A DNA stretch of 52,407 nt, filler included, from Dirinaria sp. TL-2023a (lineage: Eukaryota), in assembly GCA_051941275.1 (NCBI GenBank). It is 3 parts of 3 records of this genome, joined end to end, with 100 filler letters (N's around TTAATTAATTAA, not from the genome) between each part and the next. Parts side by side here need not be neighbours in the genome. Positions count along the whole stretch, not along the records: positions 17,528 to 34,927 come from JAVEBF010000430.1; positions 35,028 to 52,407 come from JAVEBF010000431.1; 1 more part is not named here. One strand, written 5' to 3'. The translations under genes and the position numbers were made by a program. Positions 24,282 through 35,847 of the stretch are shown one piece after another. The notes under the pieces were generated by a model. The model saw only the letters and a list, made by a program, of their open reading frames with translations, searched no databases and was not told where the DNA came from. Numbering within the stretch: the first letter of the stretch is position 1; each line of letters starts with the position of its first letter.

Positions 24282-26063
24282 TCATGCCGTCCTCTTGATG
24301 ACAAACACGCCAACCTCAATCCCTCTCCGCGCCCCATCATGGGGTCCATACTCACGCGCTTTCACCCCGTCCAACACTTCTCTGGCCAGCCCGCCCTCCG
24401 TGATATCCTTCCGTTGGGGTAAGCGCGAGCCTCGCTTGTAGTATCGCCGCACCGCCTCTTTGACGCGCGGAGCCTCCTGCTGCAGCCACCATTCGGTCCA
24501 AGTACCGCGATCGACCTGGACGATCTGCTTCGAGGACTGCACGAGCGTGTACTTGCGTGGAGTGCTTGGGGATGACGTTGACGTGTTGCGGAGGCGCGGG
24601 AGCATGAACGTGATTTTCCGCACCATCTTCTCGAACGAGAACATTTCATCCACGGCGACCATTTTTCCGATATCTTGGCTTAGGTCGGTGGTCAGGCCGT
24701 GGATGCCGACCAAGGTGCGTAGTAGCGGGTCGAGAAGCGGGCCGAGATATCGAGAGGCGAATGTCGTGGCGCCGGCGAGTGTTGGGTAAATGAACAACAA
24801 GCTGCCTCCGTTGGGCGAAAGCTCGTCGAGACGATCAACGAGAGCAGAGGGGCCGTCGGACGAGAAAAGGTTCAGGTATTCAGATGTGGTGGTAGGCGGG
24901 ATGTAACGTTCGAGAAGAGCCACGCCCACTGTGTCCGGTGGGGCAACTTTACGGCAAGAAGGTGGTAGAGGAGATCGGAGAGCAGTTTCGTAGTCCAGGG
25001 CCACGGCTGCTTTGGGGAATACGCTGATACTGAAATAATCGATCTCGCCAGTCGTCGGGTTTGGCGTCCCCATGGGACTGGAAGGAAGGAGGCCCATGTT
25101 GAATTTGGGCGGAACAGCATGCGTGACGTCGATGTACTGTCCGGAAGCGAGTTGCGTCTGCAGACTCTCGACAATAGACCTCCAAGCGGTGATTCCAGGT
25201 CCGAGCTCATCGGGGATTGGGCTGGGTTGGGACTGGCAGAGCGTGGTGATAGTATTGCCTGAAGTACCGCTGCGAGGGACGTTGGTGACTGTTGCATGTA
25301 TGTGAGCATTTTTCGTCTGCGGGAGGCAAATTTTGGGCTGAATCAGATGCGATGTAAACCTACCTAGTGCGTCAACAGCTCTCTCGAGCCATACTGGCCC
25401 ACGGGGTGTATCTTCCTCGGAGCTACTGGAAGACTGACGAACTAGAGCTGGCTCGGCCAACGATGAGAAGTCCTGCCCCATGGTATCCCCTGATTGCGTA
25501 GGCTCCGGTGTCGGCGTGCTGGCTTTGTTGATACTACTTTCTTGCTGTGGATCGTCGCTGTCTTGAGGGGGGGTGGTTTGGTCTATGGATGCTATACCGA
25601 GGTTGGTAGCAACTGGTGCACTTCGAGGTATATTTGCAGCTTGTTGTGGAAGTAAGGAAGGGTTGAAGAGGCCGATGTCTGGTTCATCTGGTGGAGTCAA
25701 AAGATGATCTGGGTGTGGTAACGCGATGCCGAGACTTTTGAACGAGGGTAGACGCAAGTTTGGTCGCGCTGCCTGAGCTCTCTTCTGTAACAAGGTTGCC
25801 GAGCCGATGCTGTCTGTTTTTCCAATGATAGGCATGCTAATGGAGCGCGCTTGCTCTTTCATATCGTGAAGTCTGGGAACTCCAATGCTCAACTCCTTGA
25901 TATCATGCTGTCCCCTCAACGTCTGCTGCACCGACTGTTCTCCCATTCTCAAAGAGGCCTCTGAGCTGTGGAGCCGCACGGTATTCTCCAATGGATTCCC
26001 GCTTACTGTAGCCATATCTCCTTCGGATGGGAAAGGCTTTGTAGCGGTAGACATCCTGGTCAT
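24282..26063 (-). CDS. Uncharacterised protein: disordered S/P/T-rich N-half and globular alpha/beta C-terminal domain
   Basis: 593-codon ORF with a likely 75-nt in-frame intron at 25363-25289 (GTAGGT...GCTCAC...CAG). Motifs LRLPSFKSLGI, LLTPPDE, LLERYIPP, LVDRLDELSPNGGSLLFIYPT, YLGPLLDPLLR. Start may be Met1 or Met4. Confidence 0.8.
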   Translation of the reverse strand: MTRMSTATKPFPSEGDMATVSGNPLENTVRLHSSEASLRMGEQSVQQTLRGQHDIKELSIGVPRLHDMKEQARSISMPIIGKTDSIGSATLLQKRAQAARPNLRLPSFKSLGIALPHPDHLLTPPDEPDIGLFNPSLLPQQAANIPRSAPVATNLGIASIDQTTPPQDSDDPQQESSINKASTPTPEPTQSGDTMGQDFSSLAEPALVRQSSSSSEEDTPRGPVWLERAVDALGRFTSHLIQPKICLPQTKNAHIHATVTNVPRSGTSGNTITTLCQSQPSPIPDELGPGITAWRSIVESLQTQLASGQYIDVTHAVPPKFNMGLLPSSPMGTPNPTTGEIDYFSISVFPKAAVALDYETALRSPLPPSCRKVAPPDTVGVALLERYIPPTTTSEYLNLFSSDGPSALVDRLDELSPNGGSLLFIYPTLAGATTFASRYLGPLLDPLLRTLVGIHGLTTDLSQDIGKMVAVDEMFSFEKMVRKITFMLPRLRNTSTSSPSTPRKYTLVQSSKQIVQVDRGTWTEWWLQQEAPRVKEAVRRYYKRGSRLPQRKDITEGGLAREVLDGVKAREYGPHDGARRGIEVGVFVIKRTA

Positions 26064-27163
26064 CGGACGGTCAACATGGTTTGCCAGATCTTCAGCACAG
26101 CTCTCCAGCTTGTTTCCAACCCAGTTTATACAGCGTCTCTATGATCGGTTCTTGGAGTGTCTTGCTTTTCAACTCGTGCGTCGATGTTTGGATTGTTCAA
26201 GTTTTCTGTTTATGAATTTTCACAATCATATACGAAATACTGAGAGAACGAGTTTGAGTGGGTTAAACACTATAAAAGGCGGTCTGATCCGCCCAAGGCA
26301 GGAAGGAGTACTACAGAAAATGCACGAGATAATAATAATACCGGAGACTCGAGAATGGAAGCGCGAACACAAGGGAGAGCTATATTCCACACGGGCAAAC
26401 AGTTTTAGTTGTCCAAAGGGCCTTGGGCGAGTCTAGAAGGGCCCACGCGTGGCAGGCAGGGATGGGCAGGGAAATTCGAGTCAATTGAATTGCTTCTCAC
26501 CCGCCAACCGCGCAAGCTCCGTGCGGTGACTTGCATTAGTTACGAGCAACGGGGTCTTGGCCGAAGGCTCAGCCCGGATGCGGGTGCAACTAGCAATACC
26601 GTACAGTAGGTAAGGTAATGCTCGCTGTAGGTAGGCTGTACGGAGTACTGTAGGTAAGGTCTCTTCTGTCTCCTGATCTTCCTCGTTCCCATGATCCATC
26701 CATCGGCTAACCGAGATTTGGGGTTTTGCAGTAATAGGACGGCAAGGCTGCAGCATCTAATCTCCACATCCACGCCAGAATGGACGGAGAAGAGAAGAAG
26801 CCAAAATAATTGGCCAACGACATGTAACGGCTTCGGAATGTGCCGGTGGGAATAGTACAGTAAGGTACAGTACTGATTACTGCCCCGGTGTAGTAGTAAG
26901 GTAGTGTCGGTAAATACTACCTTACCTACTTGGACTTCTTGTTGTTCCTCACAGGACCTTCGAGTTCGCGTTTCAGCGAATAAAGTTTTTCGGCGACGGG
27001 CTGAGAAGAAACTGCAGTGACTGCACTATGTACCGGCAGGGATGTCGACCGTTGGAAATGGACCAAGAATTTTACGGCGGATCGTTGCGATTGCATGCCT
27101 CAAACCGCGGCTATTTTCGTAACTGGCAAGTGCATCGAGCAAATGATCGAGCACTTTCCCTTC

Positions 27164-27196
27164 CGTTCGCTCGCTCGCTCGTTCGCTCGCTCGCTC
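27164..27196 (+). repeat. (TCGC)n microsatellite, imperfect
   Basis: cgttcgctcgctcgctcgttcgctcgctcgctc in the long intergenic region. Confidence 0.85.
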
Positions 27197-28339
27197 TTCG
27201 CAGCCTGAGGGAGTCAGACGAAGACAGGCCGACTCTCAATATGCCTTGAATTCGTGGCCTAAAATGGACGCCTACGGGGTAACAGGAACAGTAGTGGCGG
27301 CATCCAGAGCAGTCGAATTCCCCAATCGCGAGCCAGGCAGCAGCCGAGAGGTACTACTACGCCGAACGTATTAATTAATTCACCGCAACCGTTATCATCG
27401 ACGGATTATTTGCTGATGGCTTGACTCTCGAGAGCCGGTACTACCTGGTAGCATGACTCAGCACGGTCGCAGCAATCGGGCTCGATGGATCAGTCGCACA
27501 AAACTACGGAGTATGATTCGGCGAGCCGTTTGTCGCGTTCGTGGGACTTACTTCATCTGCTCGAGTCTCTAGGGATCGTTCTGATGCTGGCTATAGATTA
27601 TACGTAAGTATACCAAAGTGACAAAGAATTATTCTCCCTTGCGCAGGGTGGTGGGAACAGGTCCAAATTTTCCGAGTCACGTACAAGTACGAGGTTACAT
27701 CTACAGTTAAGTAGTTTTACGGTTTTTTTCTCACTCAACACTCGCAAACACCATTGGCAACCGCATCTCCTGGGTGTCGAAGATCGAGTGGCTTAATTGA
27801 GTGTTCGCATAACGCTACGACACCGCAAATACATCTTCTTTCTCTTCAACATGATCTACAGCTCTGGGCAAAAACGGTAGAAGAATTTGACCTCTGTTGC
27901 AATGGCGGTTATGATTGATGATAATTTAATGCTGGCCTATTCCACGCTGCCAATATGTCATACTCGAGTTTTACATAATCTAGAGAAACACGGTGACGAT
28001 TGGGCGCTTCTAAAATATCTCCCTGATAAAATCCATATAAGCGTTCAGACTACGCTGCAAGAATGAAATGAGTCCGCGACGCCGCTGCTGACAGAGTTTA
28101 TAAAGTGGACTGACAAGTCGACGATTTAGCTAAATGGCTGGATGACCTACCAACCTGTGCCTTAGTTAAACCTTCAGGTCGTCATTCAGCTGAACATGTG
28201 AATGCTTCATTCACCTTACCTTGAGAAACCTTCAGTGTTAAGAGCATTAGAAATCAAGATGTTCAAAGAGCACATTAAAATATTGAGCAATATTAATTAA
28301 GCAACATTCGAGACTCCCAGACGCGTCTCCCCTTTGCCC

Positions 28340-29962
28340 ATGGTGCTTCCAAATTTTGTTAAATCGTTGTTGCATGGGCATCCGCGCGAAATCTGGCGTC
28401 GCCGAGCAGCTCATGACGCGAGTGGTCAGATGGATCCAATCACGCCTTTGAGTAGAACCTTTCCACTCTCTTTCGCCCCACCGCTAGATTCACCACCTCT
28501 TCTTCCACGAAGTATGAGCGATCACCAGCTTCCCGTAGGTGCTTCACCTGGGTTCGCTTTCCAAGAGAGAATGCAGTCGCGCCATCATCACACAAACATC
28601 GATCATCGTCGGCCCTATGTAATCGAGGCGAGCCGTTGTCTTCAGAATGCGCTGGATGTCCGCAACACCGACCCTTGGCCGATACCTCTCGCATTGGCCA
28701 GCTTTGGCCATGAAAACCCTCGCGTAGAAAGAAATGGTGAGACGATCAGGATGGCACTGCAAAATTGTGCACATTTAGGCGTAAGGATGAACCGAAGTTC
28801 ACCATTTCTTGACGCGACTTTCAATGATATTGAAGAGCGTAAGGCCAAATCGAGCAATCGGGTCCTCAAAGCAGGTTCAAGATCCCAGAGCACTGGACGC
28901 GTTCCCTCGATCAAGGTTGAGGACGAGAACCAGATAAAACAAGCATACCAGAACCAGACCAGCCTCGTACCAGCTCAACCAGCACCGTATCATCGCAACG
29001 AAACCAATGACCTGTCCGACGGTTGTACCACAGACCAAGCTAAGAGCCTCAGATCTTTTCCAGACCCATTGGAGATGCCTGGCAGCTTCACGGCTAACTT
29101 ATGTGCGCATTGCGACCTCGAGGTCCGCCCAATTTTGACCCTGACGCTCAGAAACGCAGTCTCTCGGGCCCATGGTCCGACACGACAACTGCTACGCCAC
29201 TTCGAAGTAGGGCTTAATGGTGTAGAAGGGATCGTTTACGGCGAAGTGGTTATGCAGGAAACCATCTCCTGGAAGAAGCGAGTACGTGAGCCGCGCCTGG
29301 GCAAGCTCGGATTTTCCAAAAAAGGTGATGGAGCGTACAGCAAAGAACTCGATCTAGCCCAGCGAGCGGCTGGCTGGGGACAAGGAAGATGGCTCTTCTT
29401 CGGTGTCAAGTGTAAGCAGATGCCGGAACAGGAAAGCAAGTCAGTAGGAAGATGGTTCTGCTTTGGAGCGCCAATAGAAGCCGTCGAACAATTACCTTCG
29501 ATCAAGCAGCTCGTGACCATCAAGGGCAGCAAAGACTCGTTGGGCAACGATATACCTGTGAAAGCAGTTAAATGCAATCGTTTGACCCACCGCTTTTCCC
29601 TCGGAGGTGCTGCATGCATGGACCGATGGGATGGGACGGAGCAGTGGGAAGACGACGTGTTTGACGACATTCACAATGCGATGGCCAATGTGGGTTTAAT
29701 AGTGGAGTCACTTCACCTTGTTGAAAAGCAGCTGCGCGTTTCATCGCCGCACAATAATAAAGCAGAGGCACCTAATAACTCATCGGCGACCGAGCCTCAG
29801 AGCTCGATGCGTGCTTCAGCTAGAAGCGTGACTACTGACTCAAATCAAGCAGCAGAGTTAGATGGACCCGATGAAACTCAGGCCAAACGGAAAAGAAGCT
29901 CAGCTCCAGACCTTTCACGAGATAAAAGTACAGGTCCAAAACGCAGGGTCGTAAGCTTCTAG
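28340..29962 (+). CDS. Hypothetical protein, ~540 aa, apparently intronless; start codon uncertain
   Basis: 1.6-kb uninterrupted ORF with first ATG at 28340. A structured-looking central region (GWGQGRWLFFGVKC, VGRWFCFGAPIEAV, HRFSLGGAACMDRWDG) lies between low-complexity flanks. Basic NLS-like C-terminus (KRKRS, PKRRVVSF). Confidence 0.7.
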   Translation: MVLPNFVKSLLHGHPREIWRRRAAHDASGQMDPITPLSRTFPLSFAPPLDSPPLLPRSMSDHQLPVGASPGFAFQERMQSRHHHTNIDHRRPYVIEASRCLQNALDVRNTDPWPIPLALASFGHENPRVERNGETIRMALQNCAHLGVRMNRSSPFLDATFNDIEERKAKSSNRVLKAGSRSQSTGRVPSIKVEDENQIKQAYQNQTSLVPAQPAPYHRNETNDLSDGCTTDQAKSLRSFPDPLEMPGSFTANLCAHCDLEVRPILTLTLRNAVSRAHGPTRQLLRHFEVGLNGVEGIVYGEVVMQETISWKKRVREPRLGKLGFSKKGDGAYSKELDLAQRAAGWGQGRWLFFGVKCKQMPEQESKSVGRWFCFGAPIEAVEQLPSIKQLVTIKGSKDSLGNDIPVKAVKCNRLTHRFSLGGAACMDRWDGTEQWEDDVFDDIHNAMANVGLIVESLHLVEKQLRVSSPHNNKAEAPNNSSATEPQSSMRASARSVTTDSNQAAELDGPDETQAKRKRSSAPDLSRDKSTGPKRRVVSF

Positions 29963-30749
29963 GCCACACCGAGCCCTGGCAAGGTGGATTGCGGACAAGC
30001 TTGCAATATCAAAAATGGAAATTCGACGCGCGACGACTGTCCTCTCACACATACATTCGAGATCCTTGCTTTCCGCGTAGTACTTCGGAGGCAGTGGCTA
30101 TAATCAATCACTCGTACCTTCGCTAAAAACGATCTGGTGTGCGGTCTTAAAGAAACATTATATGTGGAGCCTACGCAGAACACACTTCGTACTTGGCTCC
30201 GGCCCAGATATCAAGTCCAGCTGCCTGATACAACGAGAGTAATAATTTGATCGATTCAGAAGTCATCGGAAGCTATCAGGCTGCCTGGCTGTGTTTCTTC
30301 TTTCTTCTGTATTTGAGGGAAAATCTGGAGATCCCTCGGCGAAACATTATTCCTTGCGGCCTCGGCTTCCCCACCGTCATCGGGTTAATTCACTTCGCAA
30401 TGAAGTACACACAGTACAATAATACCTTAGCCAGCTGAATGAATACTTGTATCTTGTAATTAGCCAGCATTCTATCTACACCTGACCTCCACTTGTCTCG
30501 CCTCCCTCTTTCATCACCCTCTCCCTCCATTCTATGTCTCTTACTAAATCTCGGGCTTCCATTTTGTAACGTCTCCAATCTCATCAAAAGTGCGCTCACA
30601 AACGCCGCAGCTACTCCAACCACCGAAGCTAAGAGAACCTCCGAGTGCGGCCGCAACCTCGTTGTTGCTTCTCGACAGGCCAACCTTCCCTTGTATGGCA
30701 TCTTCATCTGGCCATCATTCCAAAGTCTCAAAGATCCTGAGTCGTCGCC

Positions 30750-32377
30750 ATGGCGTACTCACCCTCACCACAGCCAGCCGCCCTAGGGGGTATTGGCAAC
30801 TACTCGCATCAAGCTTTGGCATCGGTAACTCCTCCTCTCCCACATCAAGCTATCTCCAAGCGTGATAAGAAAATCAACGCTCTGTCCGAACGCTTGCACG
30901 ATATCAGCGCCAACTTCGCACAGAATCGTGACTCCCATTACCGTGCCCAGCTTCATAGCCTCCAGCTTGCCATGAACTTCATCAACAACTCGGAACCGTA
31001 CAATGATCGTCCACTAAACGACAACCCAAACGATATTTACGAGCAACTAAGCGCTGCGGTTACGGACAATGTGCAGCGCGACGCTCAAGCGGCTGCTCGG
31101 CTTAACATGCTTGAGGTGCCCCCAGGTACGGAGAAGTGGGCTGCGGCATACGTGCATGAGATCAACAATTGTCTAGAGACAAGGGATGCTACTTTGGCTG
31201 CGATCGCTGTAAGCACAAAGTCATGTATAGTTCCGAGAATCTGAATTGACACGAGACACAGGGCAGATACAACGATGCTATTGCTGTCATGGAAAGAGAC
31301 GCCGAATACCAAGTGGACGTGGCATGCATCGAACACGACCAGCTCACAAGCATGATCCGAGACCGAATATATCACGTAGTCAGCAAAAGAAGGGCAAAAC
31401 TTTTAGCCGAAAAAGACACACTCGAAATTGCCGATACCAACGCGGTCCTTTTCCACACCAACCAATTCAGCATCGCCCACCCCGCCAGCCCAGGCGGTCC
31501 ACAGAGTAATCGAAAAACTCGGCACACACGGCACAGACTGGAGGTTGACGAGATGGGCACCGTTGCCGAAAGCAACAAGAGAAAGCGCAAAACTGCTGAC
31601 CATACTGAGAATGGGTCGCCTGCCCGAGCTGTTGACTCCGACACCAATTACCCATGGAAAGAAGCGAACGCTAAGGCCGAAGCGCAACAGCTTGCTCCTC
31701 TCCTTACGCTTGACCGGCTCTTTAGCGAAAAAGACATCATCATAAGCCTCCAAAATGCATCGCGATCAGCCATCCAAAGAATGTCCAAGCGACGCAAAAT
31801 GATGGCCAATCAAGCCAACAAGCTCGGCAGAGCAAAGCCCGGGTTCAAGGGCAAAGGTACCGACGCCCCGCAGCAGACGGCATCAAGCTCGGAAGACTCT
31901 GAGAGTGAAGCCGAGCCGTCCGATCTTTCTCTTCACCCACAGCCTGATGCCGTCAGCAATGGCGACATTCGTCTCGAAGCTCCAGCAATGGACCGCACTG
32001 CCAGCTCTTCCTATCATGCGACTCGGTCCACGGGCGTCGTGCCCTCGGCGTCAATCAGCACATTCGCTAAAGATCTCGCAATGCCTGGGGATATAGTTGG
32101 CCGACGGTCCGCGATCGACTATCTAGGCACGCAGCGGGAAGGGCGGAAACGGGAGGACGAGTACCAGCGCGCGCCGCCACTCTCGGAAGCGGAGAAGGAG
32201 AAAGACCGAGAGGCGATGCGGCGAGCAATGGAGGATATGGAAAGAGGTAGAAGGACCAAGAGGAGTCAAATTCTGCTGTCCAACGCTGTCCGGGATCCGG
32301 TCGATCATATGAAGATTGCAGAGGAGCTGGCACAGGAAAGCAGCCTGCGGGAGACGTTGCGCGAAAGAAGTCTTTGA
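30750..32377 (+). CDS. SDS3: Sds3-like subunit of the Rpd3L/Sin3 histone deacetylase complex; 2 exons
   Basis: Exons 30750-31208 and 31262-32377 (GTAAGC...CAG). ISKRDKK..ALSERLHDISANFAQNRDSHYRAQL..LQ..MNFI....PY coiled-coil region, followed by EKDTLEIADTNAVLFH.NQFSI.HPASPGG.QSNRKTRHTRHR. Confidence 0.8.
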
Positions 32378-33165
32378 AGGTCGCGTGACCACGATCCAGG
32401 ATTTCTTGAACCCAGAATGTTGGATTTCCTAAGGCGTCAAAGGGACAAGAACGGTTATCGAAAGCATCAAGTCTGGCGTTCAAGATCTATGTGGCCAAAA
32501 GCGATATCTGACTGAGGGGGATTCAAGTCAGGTTTCATGAATCTACAAGGATGCATTATGCATTGAAGTGGGAATGGACAGCATCATGATGGCGTAGCTG
32601 GCAGTTTATAGGGTCGTATTGACAGAGTTCGATCTCGACGGATTCTAACCTATCTCTGTAGTCCACATGACTGAGGTATCATACTGAGGAATATGGAAAC
32701 CCTACACCCAGTCCCTAAGGTACCTTACCTTACCTTTCTGACCTTTATCTCACTGATGCTTGGATCACGTGCTCAGGACGATCTGAATGACGTGCGCGAG
32801 CTTGGCACAGCTCGGCGAAGCTTGGCAGATCTTGGCATAGCTTGGCTGCGGAAAAAGCTTTCGTTCGGCTCAGATTCAACGTTGTGACTCTCCCACTGAT
32901 GATTATGATATTCTCATCAGGATGAACAACACGTCCTCTACACCTCCCTGGTGCTTTGATCTATCCCAATGTATCCCCCAACTTCCACCATGCATGACTA
33001 CCTTTGATAATAATCCAATTGGTTTGGTTACAAGGGCAAACTACAAGAGACTAAAGTCGAGCCCCAACAACCCCACACCTCCCCCCTGATCTTCTGATAT
33101 CTGTTCTATCTGATTCACCATCGTTGGGTACTCCATTGTTGGGTACTCCTCGATAACTTGCAACC

Positions 33166-34594
33166 ATGGTCCGCAATATCGTTGTCCTTGGTGGCAGCTC
33201 CCATCCCCAATTGAACGAGAAAATCTGTGATCACCTCGGTATCCCTTCCGGCAATGTCCTCCTATCCAAATTCTCCGTCGGCGAGACACGAGTCGAGATC
33301 CAAGAGTCCGTCCGTGGGAAAGATGTTTACATTCTCCAATCTGGTGGTGGAAAGGTCAACGACCACCTGATGGAACTCCTGATCGCCATATCTGCTTGCA
33401 AGACTGCGTCGGCACGGAAAGTCACGGCAGTGCTCCCTCTATTCCCCTATTCGCGACAGAGCGATATACCCTATAACAAAACTGGCGCACCGCTGAGCAA
33501 AGCGAGCAATTGCTACAACAAACCAGACTTTCCTTACTCGTTTGAGAGTAAACCCCAAACGCCGCATCCGGATCTACCGCATACCGCCGGGCTCACGAAC
33601 GGCATCGAAGGCCTGCACAAGGGCTTGACGAAATTACACGTTGACGAGGCAATCTCACAAGCAAACAGCCCGAGCTCTTCTCGCTTTGCGCACTATGAGA
33701 AAGGCCCGCCGAAAAGAAGTGACACGATGGATTCTGCGCAATCCAATGGGGGTTTGTCGTCCCACAACCACAACTCCTCCATATCGTCTCTGACCAACGG
33801 CACTTCTCATGATGAGAATAGCAACAACAACTTCGTGAGCCCAAAGAAAGACCAATTCCAGCCTCGACCGGGATACAAGCAATGGGTCGCACAAGCGGGT
33901 ACACTTGTGGCAGACCTCCTCACCTGTGCTGGCGCCGATCATATCATCACTATGGATTTGCATGATCCCCAGTATCAAGGCTTCTTCGACATCCCAGTCG
34001 ACAACCTGTACGGGCGGCCTCTCCTGAAAAGATATATTCAATATCAAATCCCCGACTTCCAGCATGCGGTGATAGTCAGTCCAGATGCTGGCGGCGCGAA
34101 GAGAGCCACAGCAATTGCTGATGGATTGGGGATGCCATTTGCCTTGATCCATAAAGTCTGCTTTTCATTCACTTTACACCCTAGTGTAAATATGCTGATA
34201 ACCGCCTGATCAGGAACGACGGCCTACGAAAATCACCGACCGCCAAAACGCCACCATGATGCTCGTTGGCGACGTCTCGAACCGCCTCGCCATCCTCGTC
34301 GACGATCTCGCCGACACCTCCAACACAATCACCCGTGCCGCGAAACTTTTGAAGAAGGAAGGCGCGACGAAAGTCTACGCGCTCTTGACCCACGGCGTCC
34401 TCAGCGGCGACGCCATTGAGCGGATCAACGCCAGCGCCTTGGACAAAGTGGTCGTCACGAACAGCGTGCCGCAGGACGAACACCAGAAACGGTGTCCGAA
34501 ACTCGAGGTGTTGGATATTGGTGGCGTGTTTGCAGAGGCGATCCGGCGTGTGCATCACGGGGAGAGCATCAGCGTCCTGTTCCAGTATGACTGA
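33166..34594 (+). CDS. PRS5: Ribose-phosphate pyrophosphokinase, Prs5-type with N-domain insertion; 2 exons
   Basis: Exons 33166-34155 and 34214-34594. Motifs [27 protein letters not shown] followed by a ~125-aa low-complexity insert, then [54 protein letters not shown]. Insert position and flanks match yeast Prs5 as I recall it. Confidence 0.92.
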
Positions 34595-34927
34595 CCTTCG
34601 TCATGCAAGTCTCTTTTCTAGGAGAGGTCGAATTGAAACACGCATCGACATTGCGAATCATATACATGCATTCGAGCACCAAAAAAGTACGGCGGTGGCA
34701 ATCTGATAGAACATGAAGTTGCGCAGGAAAAAAAGTTGCGCTTGACCAAGTGCTGGGAGAAGGCGCGCGGGTTAATATGAAAAGGGATCATCCATATCAA
34801 AACCAATGACTTGAGAAAAGCGCTCTGGAAAGAACCAGATAAAAAAAAGGCATGATCGCATAGCTACCTTAGATAGATAGTTACTCTTAGCAATCAATTC
34901 CTCCACCCCCCCCAAAAAAAATCAACC

Positions 34928-35027
34928 NNNNNNNNNNNNNNNNNNNNNNNNNNNNNNNNNNNNNNNNNNNNTTAATTAATTAANNNNNNNNNNNNNNNNN
35001 NNNNNNNNNNNNNNNNNNNNNNNNNNN
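34928..35027. other. Artificial contig spacer (44 N + TTAATTAATTAA + 44 N)
   Basis: Identical to the spacer at 17428-17527; core at 34972-34983. Confidence 0.98.
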
Positions 35028-35847
35028 TTTCCGATCGCACCTGCCTGTCTATCTATCTATCTATTCAATATATAGATACAACGCTAATTCAAAAGTGCAA
35101 GGGTGCGAGTTAGTTTTGACGATGGTTCTTTTCATCTCATTTCATTCTTCTTGTCCAATCAGAAAGCAAATCTCAGTGATTATTGATTATTGGTGGTGGT
35201 GGTGGTGGGCAAACGATGAGATGGGAGGTTTCAGAGATGTCCCTGTAGATAGATATCTTAGATCAAAAATGAGGCGCATGTATGAAAATTCGTAAAGCCC
35301 CGCCTCCCTCTCTCTTCCCCCCCTCCCAAACTAGGGTTGAAATGGAGGTCCTGACTGATTCCTGAGTACCTAGTCCGAATAGATGATGATGATTAACTAC
35401 ACTCTGCTCTGCAGGACCGCAAGTATGTACGGGTTTTTAACCAGGTTTGCTGTGCGAGATATGATTTTCTGGTTTTACGAGAGGGGTTTGTTTGTTTCCA
35501 TGGAACACAACCAGCTTAAGGTATGTAGGCTTTCTTTCACAAAGTCTGGATTTTGGTGGTGAAAAAAGGGCAGGCAGGGAGAAATGAATGCTCTGCTGTT
35601 AGATTCATTGCTCTCTATTCATCAATTTCTATATATTTTCAACGTTTCGTTCGCGCTAGGTTTTATAAATTGCTATTTCTGAGTATCTATCTGTGTTCAG
35701 CCTGGGTGCCGCTAGGGTATTTTTTCTAAAGTCCGTTCCCCTCCGTTGATCCAGCTGACGCCATGATAAAAACCCTCAATTTTCTTCTGATCGTAACATT
35801 ATTGATTACCGTGTTTGGTCCTGAAAAGACGTGGACTCCGTTTAAGT

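Noticed and set aside
32969..33007. Short upstream ORF MYPPTSTMHDYL* before PRS5
   Set aside because: The TSS is unknown and the ORF may lie outside the leader or within a UTR intron; nothing else supports it.
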